Source of the DNA: Clostridiales bacterium
Lineage (GTDB): Bacteria > Bacillota > Clostridia > Christensenellales > CAG-138
Direction of reading: 5' to 3'
Assembly (NCBI GenBank): GCA_004558525.1
Contig: SFCQ01000004.1
Coordinates: 117,742-181,741, forward strand
Length of the DNA: 64,000 bases
Shown: one piece after another, positions 55,859 through 64,000 of the stretch
How the letters are laid out: each line of letters begins with the position of its first letter
Position numbering within the stretch: position 1 is the stretch's first letter
Translations under genes and position numbers: made by a program
The notes under the pieces: generated by a model
The model's database searches: none
What the model was told of the DNA's origin: nothing
The model's input: only the letters and a program-made list of their open reading frames with translations

Positions 55859-57364
55859 ATGACAAAAAGAATCCTCTCCATTATGCTGGCAGTAATGCTT
55901 GTGCTTGGCGCGGTCGCCATGACCGCGTGCAGCGCCGGCAATACTCCCGCGGACAACGATCAGCAGACAGCCGGGCCCGCCGATAACAGCGGCGCCAACA
56001 CGGACGAGCCTGCACCCGTAGAGCCTGCCAAGGCGAAGGGCAACTTTGAAGTACCCGAAGCCGGTTATGACGGAAGCGAGGTCACCATAACCTTCTATCA
56101 TACCATGGGTACCAACCTGAGCGACGTTCTCGACCTTTATATTGCCGAGTTCAACAAGCTCTACCCCAATATCCATATCGATTCCCAGAAGATAGGCAGC
56201 TATGACGACGTGCGCGACCAGGTCAGCACCGAGATCACCGTCGGCACCCAGCCCAACATCGCTTACTGCTATCCCGACCACGTTGCGCTGTACAACCTTG
56301 CCGGCGCCGTGGCTACGCTGGATAACCTTATCGACAGCCAGATAGAGGTTGCCCGTGCGGACGGTTCAACCGAAATACTCGGCCTGACCGACGGGCAGAA
56401 GGCCGACTTCATCCCCGGTTACTATGCGGAAGGCGCCCAGTTTGGCGATGGGCTGATGTACACCATGCCCTTCTCCAAGTCCACGGAGGTCCTTTATTAC
56501 AACAAGACCTTCTTTGACGCCAACGGCCTTACCGTACCCACCACCTGGGAGGAGATGGAGGCTGCCTGCGCCAAGATAAAGGAGATTGACCCCAACTCCA
56601 TACCCCTTGGGTATGACAGCGAAAGCAACTGGTTCATAACCATGTGCGAGCAGTACGGCTCCGAATACACCAGCGCGTCAGGCGACCATTACCTGTTCAA
56701 TAACGAGACTAACCGCAGCTTTATCAAGATGTTCCGCGAATGGTACCAGAAGGGCTACCTGACCACCCAGAAGCTCTATGGCGCCTATACCTCCGGCTTG
56801 TTCACCTCCACCGGCGATGTAAAGAGCTATATGTCCATAGGCTCCTCCGCGGGCGCGACCTATCAGCGTCCCGCCGCCGATGCTGACGGCAACTATCCCT
56901 TTGAGGTCGGCATCTCCACCATTCCGCAGCTTGGCAACGGCAACAACAAGGTAATCTCCCAGGGCCCGAGCGTATGCATATTCAAGAAGGATAACGCTCA
57001 GGAGGTAGTGGCCTCCTGGCTGTTCATCAAGTACCTGACCACCAGCGTGGATTTCCAGGCGGAGTTCTCAATGGCCTCCGGCTATGTTCCCGTGCTTAAG
57101 AGCGTGGCGAACAACGAAGCCTACGCTTCCTTCCTCGGCCAGGCTGACGGCGGCAAATTCATATCCGCCCTCAGCGCAAAGGTCTGCCTTGAGCAGGAGG
57201 AGTACTATTATACCTCCCCCGCATTCAACGGCTCTTCCACCGCGCGCGACCAGGTAGGCGCGCTTCTTACCAAGTGCCTTACCGCTGACGATGGCGGCGA
57301 TGCGGACGCCATGATAGAGCAGGCGTTTGAAGACGCCATAAGCGAGTGCGAGTATCACGGTTAA
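55859..57364 (+). CDS. Extracellular solute-binding lipoprotein (family 1), unusually long (501 aa)
   Basis: Lipobox LGAVAMTACS, a low-complexity linker, then a typical SBP_bac_1 pattern (...ITFYHTMG..., ...MPFSKSTEVLYYNK..F...G). Confidence 0.88.
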   Translation: MTKRILSIMLAVMLVLGAVAMTACSAGNTPADNDQQTAGPADNSGANTDEPAPVEPAKAKGNFEVPEAGYDGSEVTITFYHTMGTNLSDVLDLYIAEFNKLYPNIHIDSQKIGSYDDVRDQVSTEITVGTQPNIAYCYPDHVALYNLAGAVATLDNLIDSQIEVARADGSTEILGLTDGQKADFIPGYYAEGAQFGDGLMYTMPFSKSTEVLYYNKTFFDANGLTVPTTWEEMEAACAKIKEIDPNSIPLGYDSESNWFITMCEQYGSEYTSASGDHYLFNNETNRSFIKMFREWYQKGYLTTQKLYGAYTSGLFTSTGDVKSYMSIGSSAGATYQRPAADADGNYPFEVGISTIPQLGNGNNKVISQGPSVCIFKKDNAQEVVASWLFIKYLTTSVDFQAEFSMASGYVPVLKSVANNEAYASFLGQADGGKFISALSAKVCLEQEEYYYTSPAFNGSSTARDQVGALLTKCLTADDGGDADAMIEQAFEDAISECEYHG

Positions 57365-57370
57365 ACGAAT

Positions 57371-58744
57371 ATGAAAAGGCTTGCCGCAGCGACGCTGCTT
57401 TTGGCCGTTTGCCTTATCGCAGGCTGCTCCGCCATGCCGCAGGATGTACTGCCCAGCATGGCGGGGGCGGCAGCCACGCTGGAGCAAACGGCTGATGCGG
57501 CCGTAAGTGAAGCCGGCACAGAGGCTCAGGATAACGGCGAGGTTATAGACTACGCGGCCGAAGCGAAGATGGGCGGCAGCGAGACCGCAAAGCAGGAGGT
57601 TACCGTTGCTGCTTATGTGGACGGGGATACGGTCCACTTCAGCGTGCCGGAAAGCGTTGACCCCTCCGGCGTGCTGAAGGCCCGCTTTATAGGCGTAGAT
57701 ACGCCCGAATCCACCGGAAAGATAGAGGAATACGGCAAAAAGGCCGCCGGCTTTACGAAGGAAAGGCTAAGCGATGCCAGGAGCATAGTGATAGAATCCG
57801 ACAACGGGAGCTGGAACCTTGACTCCACCGGCGGAAGGAGCCTTGTTTGGGTATGGTATAAGCCGCAGGACGCAGGCGGCTACCGCAACCTTAACATAGA
57901 GCTTTTGCAGCAGGGGCTTGCTGTTCCCTATTCGTCAAGCAACAACCGCTTAGGCTCCGTGTGCATGGCCGCGATAGCGCAGGCCAGGCGGGATAAGCTC
58001 AACATATATTCGGGAGAGAAGGATCCGGACTTCTACTATGGCGACGCCGTTGAGCTTACGTTAAAGGAGCTGAGGCTCAACATAGCTGATTACGAGGGCG
58101 TGAAGGTCGCCTTTGAGGGCGTTATAACAATAAACGGCGGCAACAGCGTTTTTGTTGAGCAGTATGACGAGGAGACGGGGCTTTGCTACGGCATGAGCGT
58201 GTACTATGGCTACGGCATGTCGGGAGCCGGCCTTGATATACTCTCCGTCGGCAATCTTTCAAGGATAGTCGGCACCGTGCAGTATTATGAAGCCGGGGAC
58301 AGGTACCAGGTTTCCGGCCTGAGCTACAGGCAGATGAAGCCGGACGCGCCCGATAATATCAAAAAAATAGCCTCCGGCTACGAGCCGCGCTATGCCGAGA
58401 TAACGGCCGCTGATTTTGCAGGCGCCGCCGTTAAGCTTGACGGTGAAAACAGGGCGCAGGAGCTTGAGCTTAGCGAGCTTTTGATGGACACTACGGTATC
58501 GATGAAGGCGCTTAAGGTAAAAAGCGTATATATCGAGGATAACGGCAAGGCTACGCTCAGCTGCGAAAGCTCCGGCGCGGAAGTGAGCGTGCGCGTTGAG
58601 GCGCTTACAAACGCAGACGGCGAGCCGGTGATAACAAAGGCGCTCAAAGGCAAACGCATAGACGTTAAAGGCGTTGTGGACAGCCATAACGGCTTTAAGC
58701 AGGTGCATGTATTCCTGCCGGAGGGCGTTGCGGTAAAGAAGTAA
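57371..58744 (+). CDS. Secreted lipoprotein: staphylococcal-nuclease (SNase/thermonuclease) domain followed by OB-fold-like C-terminal domains
   Basis: Lipobox LIAGCS. The SNase motifs are VDGDTVHF...ARFIGVDTPES...EYGKKAAGFTKE...LDSTGGRSLVWVW...NLNIELLQQGLA. The C-terminus (...VAFEGVIT...NSVFVEQYDEE...RIVGTVQYY...YQV) looks like a YhcR-type OB fold. Confidence 0.8.
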   Translation: MKRLAAATLLLAVCLIAGCSAMPQDVLPSMAGAAATLEQTADAAVSEAGTEAQDNGEVIDYAAEAKMGGSETAKQEVTVAAYVDGDTVHFSVPESVDPSGVLKARFIGVDTPESTGKIEEYGKKAAGFTKERLSDARSIVIESDNGSWNLDSTGGRSLVWVWYKPQDAGGYRNLNIELLQQGLAVPYSSSNNRLGSVCMAAIAQARRDKLNIYSGEKDPDFYYGDAVELTLKELRLNIADYEGVKVAFEGVITINGGNSVFVEQYDEETGLCYGMSVYYGYGMSGAGLDILSVGNLSRIVGTVQYYEAGDRYQVSGLSYRQMKPDAPDNIKKIASGYEPRYAEITAADFAGAAVKLDGENRAQELELSELLMDTTVSMKALKVKSVYIEDNGKATLSCESSGAEVSVRVEALTNADGEPVITKALKGKRIDVKGVVDSHNGFKQVHVFLPEGVAVKK

Positions 58745-58785
58745 AGAATCAAACTAAATCTAACTAAACGAAAGAGGGAGAAAAG

Positions 58786-60198
58786 ATGAAAAGAATAATC
58801 GCGTGTATGATAGCGCTTGCGCTGTTCGTGATGGCGTTTGCGGGCTGCTCCGCCACTACGGACGGAGAGAACAACGCGCCCGTCGAGTCAGCTCAGCCCG
58901 ACGTCGAGCCCAGCACGGAGCCCAGCACAGAGCCTGTTGTTGAAGAGGACGCCATAAATCCCCTTGAAAACGCCAAGGAATATATCTACCAGATATACAA
59001 GAACGTCGCCAGCAAGACCCCCGCTGATTATCAGGTGGTGGGCGTTGTTGTGGTAAACGGCGTGACCTATCAGATTGAATGGACCGCCGCCGTGAACAGC
59101 GGAGCCGAGGATGCCGTTGCGGTAGCCGGGATGGGCGAGGATAAGATGGTCACCATAGACGTTAACGAGGCCTGCGCCGAGGAATCCGCCTACACCCTTA
59201 CCGCTACCATAAAGGACGAGCAGGGCAACAGCGCGCAGCAGAGCTTTGAGCGCATAGTCCCCAAGGGCTTTGACCTTGGCACCGCCAGCTATGATGAAAT
59301 AGTCGCCGCCGCCTACGAGCTTGAGGAGGACGCGGCGCTTGAAGGCACGCTCAGGCTGTTCGGTACCATTGTCAGCATAGACACTCCGTTCAGCGCCGAG
59401 TACAACAATATAACCGTCACCATAGCCGTAAAGGGCATGGAGGAATACCCTGTGCAGTGCTACCGCTTAAGCGGCGAGGGCGCTGACAAGCTTGCCGAGG
59501 GCGATGCTATCACCGTTGAGGGCAGCATAAAGAACTACAAGGGCACCATAGAGTTCGATAAGGGCTGCGTGCTTGTAGGCATGGGCGAGTTTATAGACCA
59601 GTCCAAGCTGCTTGAAAATGCCTACGCCCTCGAGGAGGACGCCGCCATGGTAACCGCCACCGCGCTCAAGGGCGTTATAAGCAGCATAGACACCCCATAC
59701 AGCGATGAGTACAAGAACATCACCGTAACCATAGTTTGCGACGGCATAGAGGATAAGCCCGTGCAGTGCTACCGCTTAAGCGGCGAGGGCGCAGACAAGC
59801 TTGCCGAGGGCGACGAGATAGCCGTGTTCGGTATCATAAAGAACTACAAGGGCACCATAGAGTTCGATAAGGGCTGCGTGCTCATACCGGCCGATGCGCT
59901 TTCGGGAGCAAAGACACTCGCCAAGGCCTACGCTCTTGAGCCCGATACCGAGATGAAGGGCGTAAAGACCCTCACCGGCACTATTGCGTCAATAGACACG
60001 CCGTACAGCGATGAGTACAAGAACATCACCGTAACCATAGTGGTCGGCGGCCTCAACGACTATGCCATACAGTGCTTCCGCTTAAGCGGCGAAGGCGCGG
60101 ACAAGCTTGCCGAGGGCGATGTTATAACCGTTACAGGAGCTATAAAGAACTACAAGGGTACCGTTGAGTTCGACGCGGGCTGCACCTTTGTAAAATAA
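58786..60198 (+). CDS. Lipoprotein with three tandem ~102-aa OB-fold-like repeats
   Basis: Lipobox FAGCS. The repeat unit A.AYALEEDA.....L.G.I.SIDTPYS.EY.NITVTI......PVQCYRLSGEGADKLAEGD.I.V.G.IKNYKGTIEFDKGC occurs three times, at roughly aa 170-270, 275-370 and 375-470. Confidence 0.75.
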   Translation: MKRIIACMIALALFVMAFAGCSATTDGENNAPVESAQPDVEPSTEPSTEPVVEEDAINPLENAKEYIYQIYKNVASKTPADYQVVGVVVVNGVTYQIEWTAAVNSGAEDAVAVAGMGEDKMVTIDVNEACAEESAYTLTATIKDEQGNSAQQSFERIVPKGFDLGTASYDEIVAAAYELEEDAALEGTLRLFGTIVSIDTPFSAEYNNITVTIAVKGMEEYPVQCYRLSGEGADKLAEGDAITVEGSIKNYKGTIEFDKGCVLVGMGEFIDQSKLLENAYALEEDAAMVTATALKGVISSIDTPYSDEYKNITVTIVCDGIEDKPVQCYRLSGEGADKLAEGDEIAVFGIIKNYKGTIEFDKGCVLIPADALSGAKTLAKAYALEPDTEMKGVKTLTGTIASIDTPYSDEYKNITVTIVVGGLNDYAIQCFRLSGEGADKLAEGDVITVTGAIKNYKGTVEFDAGCTFVK

Positions 60199-60224
60199 GG
60201 GAGTATTTATTGCACACTGATTTG

Positions 60225-60253
60225 AAGAAGCGGCAGCTTGCCGCTTCTTTTTT
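60225..60253 (+). terminator. Rho-independent terminator after the OB-repeat lipoprotein gene
   Basis: GAAGCGGCA-GCT-TGCCGCTTC followed by TTTTTT. Confidence 0.8.
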
Positions 60254-60306
60254 GCCCGGCATATGCTAAAATAATAATTAAAGTAATGTAAAAGGGGGAT
60301 GTGCGC

Positions 60307-60537
60307 ATGAAAAAGCTGTTTGATTTTAATAACGACGGTGAAGTAGACCTTACGGAGCAGATAATCGGCTGCGAGCTGCTTATGAGCGATGCGGAGGAGG
60401 CGGACGAACTTTCGCTTGACGCTTCCGACGCCATAGAAGAACCTGACGCTCTTGACGGCACTTTTGACGAGTACGGTGACGATGCCGTGCTTACGGAGCT
60501 TTACAGCGGGCTCGACTCTAAATTCGGAGAATATTAA
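60307..60537 (+). CDS. Small acidic protein with an EF-hand-like loop
   Basis: About 76 aa. DFNNDGEVDLTE fits the 12-residue EF-hand Ca-binding loop DxNxDGxxDxxE; the rest is Asp/Glu-rich. Confidence 0.45.
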   Translation: MKKLFDFNNDGEVDLTEQIIGCELLMSDAEEADELSLDASDAIEEPDALDGTFDEYGDDAVLTELYSGLDSKFGEY

Positions 60538-60550
60538 GAAGGAGCGCGAT

Positions 60551-60880
60551 ATGACCGTAAACGAATATCAAAAGCTGGCGCTGAGCACGATGAACCCGAA
60601 GCTGAACAGAAATGACGTGCTTATAAACAGCGCAATGGGCCTTTGCGGCGAAGCCGGAGAGGTAATAGACATAGTTAAAAAATGGTTCGCCCATGGGCAT
60701 GAGCTTAACAGGCAGAAGCTTATAGAGGAGCTTGGCGACGTTGCCTGGTATATTGCCGAAGCGGCATACGCGCTTGATACCGACCTTGAAAGCATACTTG
60801 CCGCCAACATAGAAAAGCTGAAAAAACGCTATCCCGAAGGCTTTTCGAGCAGGAACAGCATAGAAAGAACCGGCGATTGA
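60551..60880 (+). CDS. MazG-like nucleotide pyrophosphohydrolase (small all-alpha NTP-PPase)
   Basis: I trimmed the start to MTVNEYQKLALST.... ...GL.GEAGEV.D..KK........L......ELGDV.WY.A. is the MazG EExxE/D pattern. Confidence 0.75.
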   Translation: MTVNEYQKLALSTMNPKLNRNDVLINSAMGLCGEAGEVIDIVKKWFAHGHELNRQKLIEELGDVAWYIAEAAYALDTDLESILAANIEKLKKRYPEGFSSRNSIERTGD

Positions 60881-60955
60881 AGGGGCGGAAGTTGCACATT
60901 TCCGCTTGCGCGTGCTATACTTAATCAATCACTATCTATAAAGAGGTGTCAGAAC

Positions 60956-62263
60956 ATGAAAAATCCCGTTGCCGAAAAACTGCTTGATTTTATGAAGAAC
61001 AGCCCGACGCGCTATCAGGTCGTGGCAAACTTTGAACAAAGGCTGAACGATGCCGGATATACGAAGCTGTATCCGGAAAAGGTATGGCAGCTTGAGAACG
61101 GCGGCAAGTATTATCTTTCGCCAAACGGAACGGCCATAATGGCTTTCAGGATACCCGATAAGGTCAGCGGCGGCTTTATGATGGCCGCGGCGCACAGCGA
61201 TTCGCCAACGTTTAAGGTAAAGGACAATGCGGAAAAGGCGTCCGCGCATTATGTGCAGCTAAGCACGGAAAGATACGGCGGCGCGCTTATGGCCACATGG
61301 TTCGACAGGCCGCTTTCCGTTGCCGGCAGGGTGCTTGTAAGGGGCGAAAACGGAAGGATAGCCGTTAAGCTTGTAAATATAGACAGGGACCTTGTTATTA
61401 TCCCCAGCGTTGCCATACACATGAACAGGAACGCCAACGCCGGCTTTGAAATAAAGGCAAATATAGATACCCTGCCGCTGTTTTCCGATGAAAGCGGCAA
61501 GGATGCGTTCATGCAGCTTGTGGCCCAAAGCGCAGGCGTTGCAAAGGAGGATATACTCTGCCATGACCTGTATCTGTATAACAGGCAGCAGCCCGCCTTC
61601 CTCGGCAGGAATGATGAATACATAGCCTCGCCCAAGCTTGACGATGTCGAGTGCGCGTTCGGCTGCATGGAAGGCTTTATCGCGGCTGAAGAAAGCGGCA
61701 GCATACCCGTATGCTGCGTGTTTGATAACGAGGAGGTAGGCAGCGAGACCAAGCAGGGCGCGGCCGCAAACGTGCTAAGGGATACGCTGAGGCGCATAGC
61801 GCTTGCCTTAGGCAAAAGCGAGCAGGAGTATCTGGCCATGATAGCGCAGAGCTTCATGGTATCTGCGGACAATGCGCACGCCCAGCACCCCAATCACCCC
61901 GAGTATTCGGATATGGACAACTGCCCGTATATGAACCGGGGTATAGTAATCAAGTTCAACGCCAGCCAGAAATACACTACCGACGGCGTATCGGCCGCCA
62001 TATTCAGGCAGGTATGCAAGGAGGCAGGGGTACCCGTGCAGGTGTTTGCCAACAGGTCTGACCTTGCGGGCGGCGGAACGCTTGGCAGCATAGCCACCAC
62101 AAAGGTGCCGGTAAGCACGGTGGATATAGGGCTTGCCCAGCTTGCCATGCATTCCTGCTACGAGACCGCCGGCGCGGAGGATATAGAAAGCCTTGTCAAG
62201 GCCATGAGAGTGTTCTTCTCAAAGACGATGACGGTTGAAAACGGCGAATACGGCGTAGAGTAA
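60956..62263 (+). CDS. M18-family (aspartyl) aminopeptidase
   Basis: 435 aa. ...AAAHSDSPTFKVK..., ...DNEEVGSETKQGA... and ...DIGLAQLAMHS..E. are typical M18/M42 metal-ligand regions. Confidence 0.85.
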   Translation: MKNPVAEKLLDFMKNSPTRYQVVANFEQRLNDAGYTKLYPEKVWQLENGGKYYLSPNGTAIMAFRIPDKVSGGFMMAAAHSDSPTFKVKDNAEKASAHYVQLSTERYGGALMATWFDRPLSVAGRVLVRGENGRIAVKLVNIDRDLVIIPSVAIHMNRNANAGFEIKANIDTLPLFSDESGKDAFMQLVAQSAGVAKEDILCHDLYLYNRQQPAFLGRNDEYIASPKLDDVECAFGCMEGFIAAEESGSIPVCCVFDNEEVGSETKQGAAANVLRDTLRRIALALGKSEQEYLAMIAQSFMVSADNAHAQHPNHPEYSDMDNCPYMNRGIVIKFNASQKYTTDGVSAAIFRQVCKEAGVPVQVFANRSDLAGGGTLGSIATTKVPVSTVDIGLAQLAMHSCYETAGAEDIESLVKAMRVFFSKTMTVENGEYGVE

Positions 62264-62368
62264 TAAAGGCGCGCAAAAAAAAGAGGCGTCAGCATACCTG
62301 TGCAGGGCAGGTCGGCCGCGCCGTATAAAAAACGATAAAAGCAGGGGGGCGGATCATTCCGCCCCTTC

Positions 62369-62572
62369 AGAGCGTCGAAAAAGTGGCTGGTCGCCACTTT
62401 TTCGAGTTTTCACGGGTTTTGCCTCTCGCATTAGCTCCCGGGCGGCAAAACCCGCAAAGTACGAAAACCTCTGGGTTTTCATCCGTTCTGACGTGCATGC
62501 CGTCAGAGCCGGAATAAAGCTTAAGGGGCAGCCGCCCCTTAACAACCCCGGGGTTTATCGACACTCTTGAGT
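62369..62572 (+). mobile_element. Family-1 structured repeat, longest (reference) copy
   Basis: Six consecutive hairpins with imperfect terminal inverted repeats. It is bracketed by an exact 21-bp direct repeat at 62348-62368 and 62573-62593. Confidence 0.8.
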
Positions 62573-62578
62573 GGCGGA

Positions 62579-63964
62579 TCATTCCGCCCCTTCGTTTGCG
62601 TCCTCGATTTCAGCTTCAACGGATACGGCAACGGCTTCGTGCCTGTCCTTTTCCGGATGGCAAAGCGCGCTGCGGCGGAAGCATATGGCCATAAGCAGGC
62701 TGCATACCACCCAGCCCATGGGGTATGCAAGCGCCACCGTCACGAACCCGCCGCCGAGCCTTGTGCCGGCAAAAAGATATATCTGCCTGAACAGCACAAA
62801 GGAGGAAAGCATAACTATCATCGGCACGTTCGCCTTGCCTATGCCGCGCATGGCGCCGGCGAAGGTCTGGTTAAAGCATACGGTAAAGTAGAACGGCGCT
62901 ATTATGCCTATAAAGCGGGAGCCATACTGAATTACTATTGGATCGTCCGTAAAAAGCGTGAGCAGCGTCTCCCTGAGCAGCAAAAGCGGGATACATAGTA
63001 TCACGGTGGTCACAATCGATATTATAAGCGAGCAGCGCACGCCGTTTCTTGCCCTGTCAAGCTGCCTCGCGCCGTAATTCTGGCCGACGAAGGTGGTAGA
63101 GGCCATAGCTATGCTCTGCGCCGGTATAAGCACATAGGTATCCAGCTTGTTGTAGCTTGACCAGCCGGCCATGCAGTCCGAGCCAAAGCCGTTTACATAG
63201 GATTGCACGAACACGTTTGAAAAGGCGGTAAGCCCCTGCTGCACGCCGGAGGGCAGGCCTATCGCAAGCACCTTTTTCAGTATATAGCCCTTTATGCAAA
63301 GGTCTCCCCAGTGTATGGCATATGGGCCTGCGGAGCGGGTAAGCACGAACAGTACGAGCGCCGCCGAAATAAACTGGGAAAGTATAGTGGCGTATGCCGC
63401 GCCGGCAATATCCATTTTGAACGCTATAACGAATAAAAGGTCAAGCGCTATATTAAGAAACGCAGAGAAGAGAAGAAAGTACAGCGGCCGCTTTGAATCG
63501 CCCACGGCCCTAAGTATGGCCGAGCCCATGTTGTATATGAACAGGCCGGATATGCCGGCAAAGTATATGGTCAGATAATTATGCGCCGAGGCGAAAACAT
63601 CGTCCGGCGTGGCCATCAGCCTGAGCATGGGGTCAACTATAAATATGCCTGTTATCGTTGCCGCAACGCTCATTATAATGGTGAGCAATATGGTCGTATG
63701 CACGGCGTCATGCAACTTTTCATAATCCTTTGCGCCGTATGCCTGCGATATAACTACGCTTGCTCCCATTGAAAGCCCCGAGCACAGGCCGACCAGCATG
63801 TTTATTATGCTGCTCGTGCTTCCAACGGCGGCAAGCGCCTCTTTACCGACAAATTTGCCTACTACTATCGTATCTACCGTGTTGTATAGCTGCTGAAAAA
63901 GCAGCCCGGCCGCCAGCGGTATGGCGAACCGTATAAGCAGCGGCCATATGCTGCCTTGAGTCAT
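62579..63964 (-). CDS. MATE-family efflux transporter
   Basis: 461 aa, 12 TM. MTQGSIWPLLIRFAIPLAAGLLFQQLYNTVDTIVVGKFVGKEALAAVG is the canonical MatE N-terminus. Confidence 0.92.
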   Translation of the reverse strand: MTQGSIWPLLIRFAIPLAAGLLFQQLYNTVDTIVVGKFVGKEALAAVGSTSSIINMLVGLCSGLSMGASVVISQAYGAKDYEKLHDAVHTTILLTIIMSVAATITGIFIVDPMLRLMATPDDVFASAHNYLTIYFAGISGLFIYNMGSAILRAVGDSKRPLYFLLFSAFLNIALDLLFVIAFKMDIAGAAYATILSQFISAALVLFVLTRSAGPYAIHWGDLCIKGYILKKVLAIGLPSGVQQGLTAFSNVFVQSYVNGFGSDCMAGWSSYNKLDTYVLIPAQSIAMASTTFVGQNYGARQLDRARNGVRCSLIISIVTTVILCIPLLLLRETLLTLFTDDPIVIQYGSRFIGIIAPFYFTVCFNQTFAGAMRGIGKANVPMIVMLSSFVLFRQIYLFAGTRLGGGFVTVALAYPMGWVVCSLLMAICFRRSALCHPEKDRHEAVAVSVEAEIEDANEGAE

Positions 63965-64000
63965 ATCGGAATCTGCGCGCTTTATTCCCCGTCTTACTGC

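Noticed and set aside
59280-60190. Regularly spaced DNA repeats considered as a CRISPR array or VNTR.
   Set aside because: The period is ~306 bp, in frame, inside a long ORF with a lipoprotein signal, and there is no short repeat/spacer architecture. They are protein-domain repeats.
62354-62730. Short ORFs encoding ...LSFIPALTACTSERMK..RFSY... peptides (also 16344-16713 and 43214-43468), which at first look like a small paralogous protein family.
   Set aside because: Conservation is at the DNA level across hairpin-rich intergenic repeats. It occurs in both orientations, with truncations that ignore reading frame and without ribosome-binding sites. These are repeat-derived artefacts.

Overview
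This window is the replication-origin region of a spore-forming Firmicutes/Clostridia-type chromosome; I cannot name the species from sequence alone. The core is rpmH-rnpA-yidD-yidC-jag on the minus strand facing dnaA-dnaN on the plus strand. A DnaA-box cluster with an AT-rich tract lies in the dnaA-dnaN spacer, which I call oriC. Other housekeeping content: a complete nine-gene V-type ATPase operon in ntpFIKECGABD order, rpsF-ssb-rpsR, carD-like plus yacL-like genes, and an adenine deaminase plus xdhABC purine cluster. Also present are bioY, mnmE, a CCA-adding enzyme, murG, a GNAT-parA-parB operon bracketed by two perfect parS sites, and a TPP riboswitch controlling thiT. Sporulation genes (cwlD-like, spmA/spmB, a LysM/SipL-like protein) and a five-tRNA cluster (Val-Asp-Phe-Gly-Cys) are here too. 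The remainder is a sugar-type ABC transporter followed by two nuclease/OB-fold lipoproteins, an M18 aminopeptidase and a MATE exporter. I found no prophage, CRISPR array, integrase or recognisable defence system. The most unusual signals are non-coding. (1) A family of highly structured intergenic repeats has at least 8 full or partial copies. The two complete copies are each flanked by a 21-22 bp direct duplication of a locus-specific terminator hairpin. (2) A second, MITE-like element has 27-bp terminal inverted repeats and a half-copy elsewhere in the window. (3) Five same-orientation DnaA boxes sit about 12 kb away from dnaA. (4) Gene order around the origin is rearranged: recF/gyrBA are absent after dnaN, and mnmE and parAB lie on the dnaN side. 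All protein calls rest on motif recognition in the supplied translations or my own; no database search was possible.
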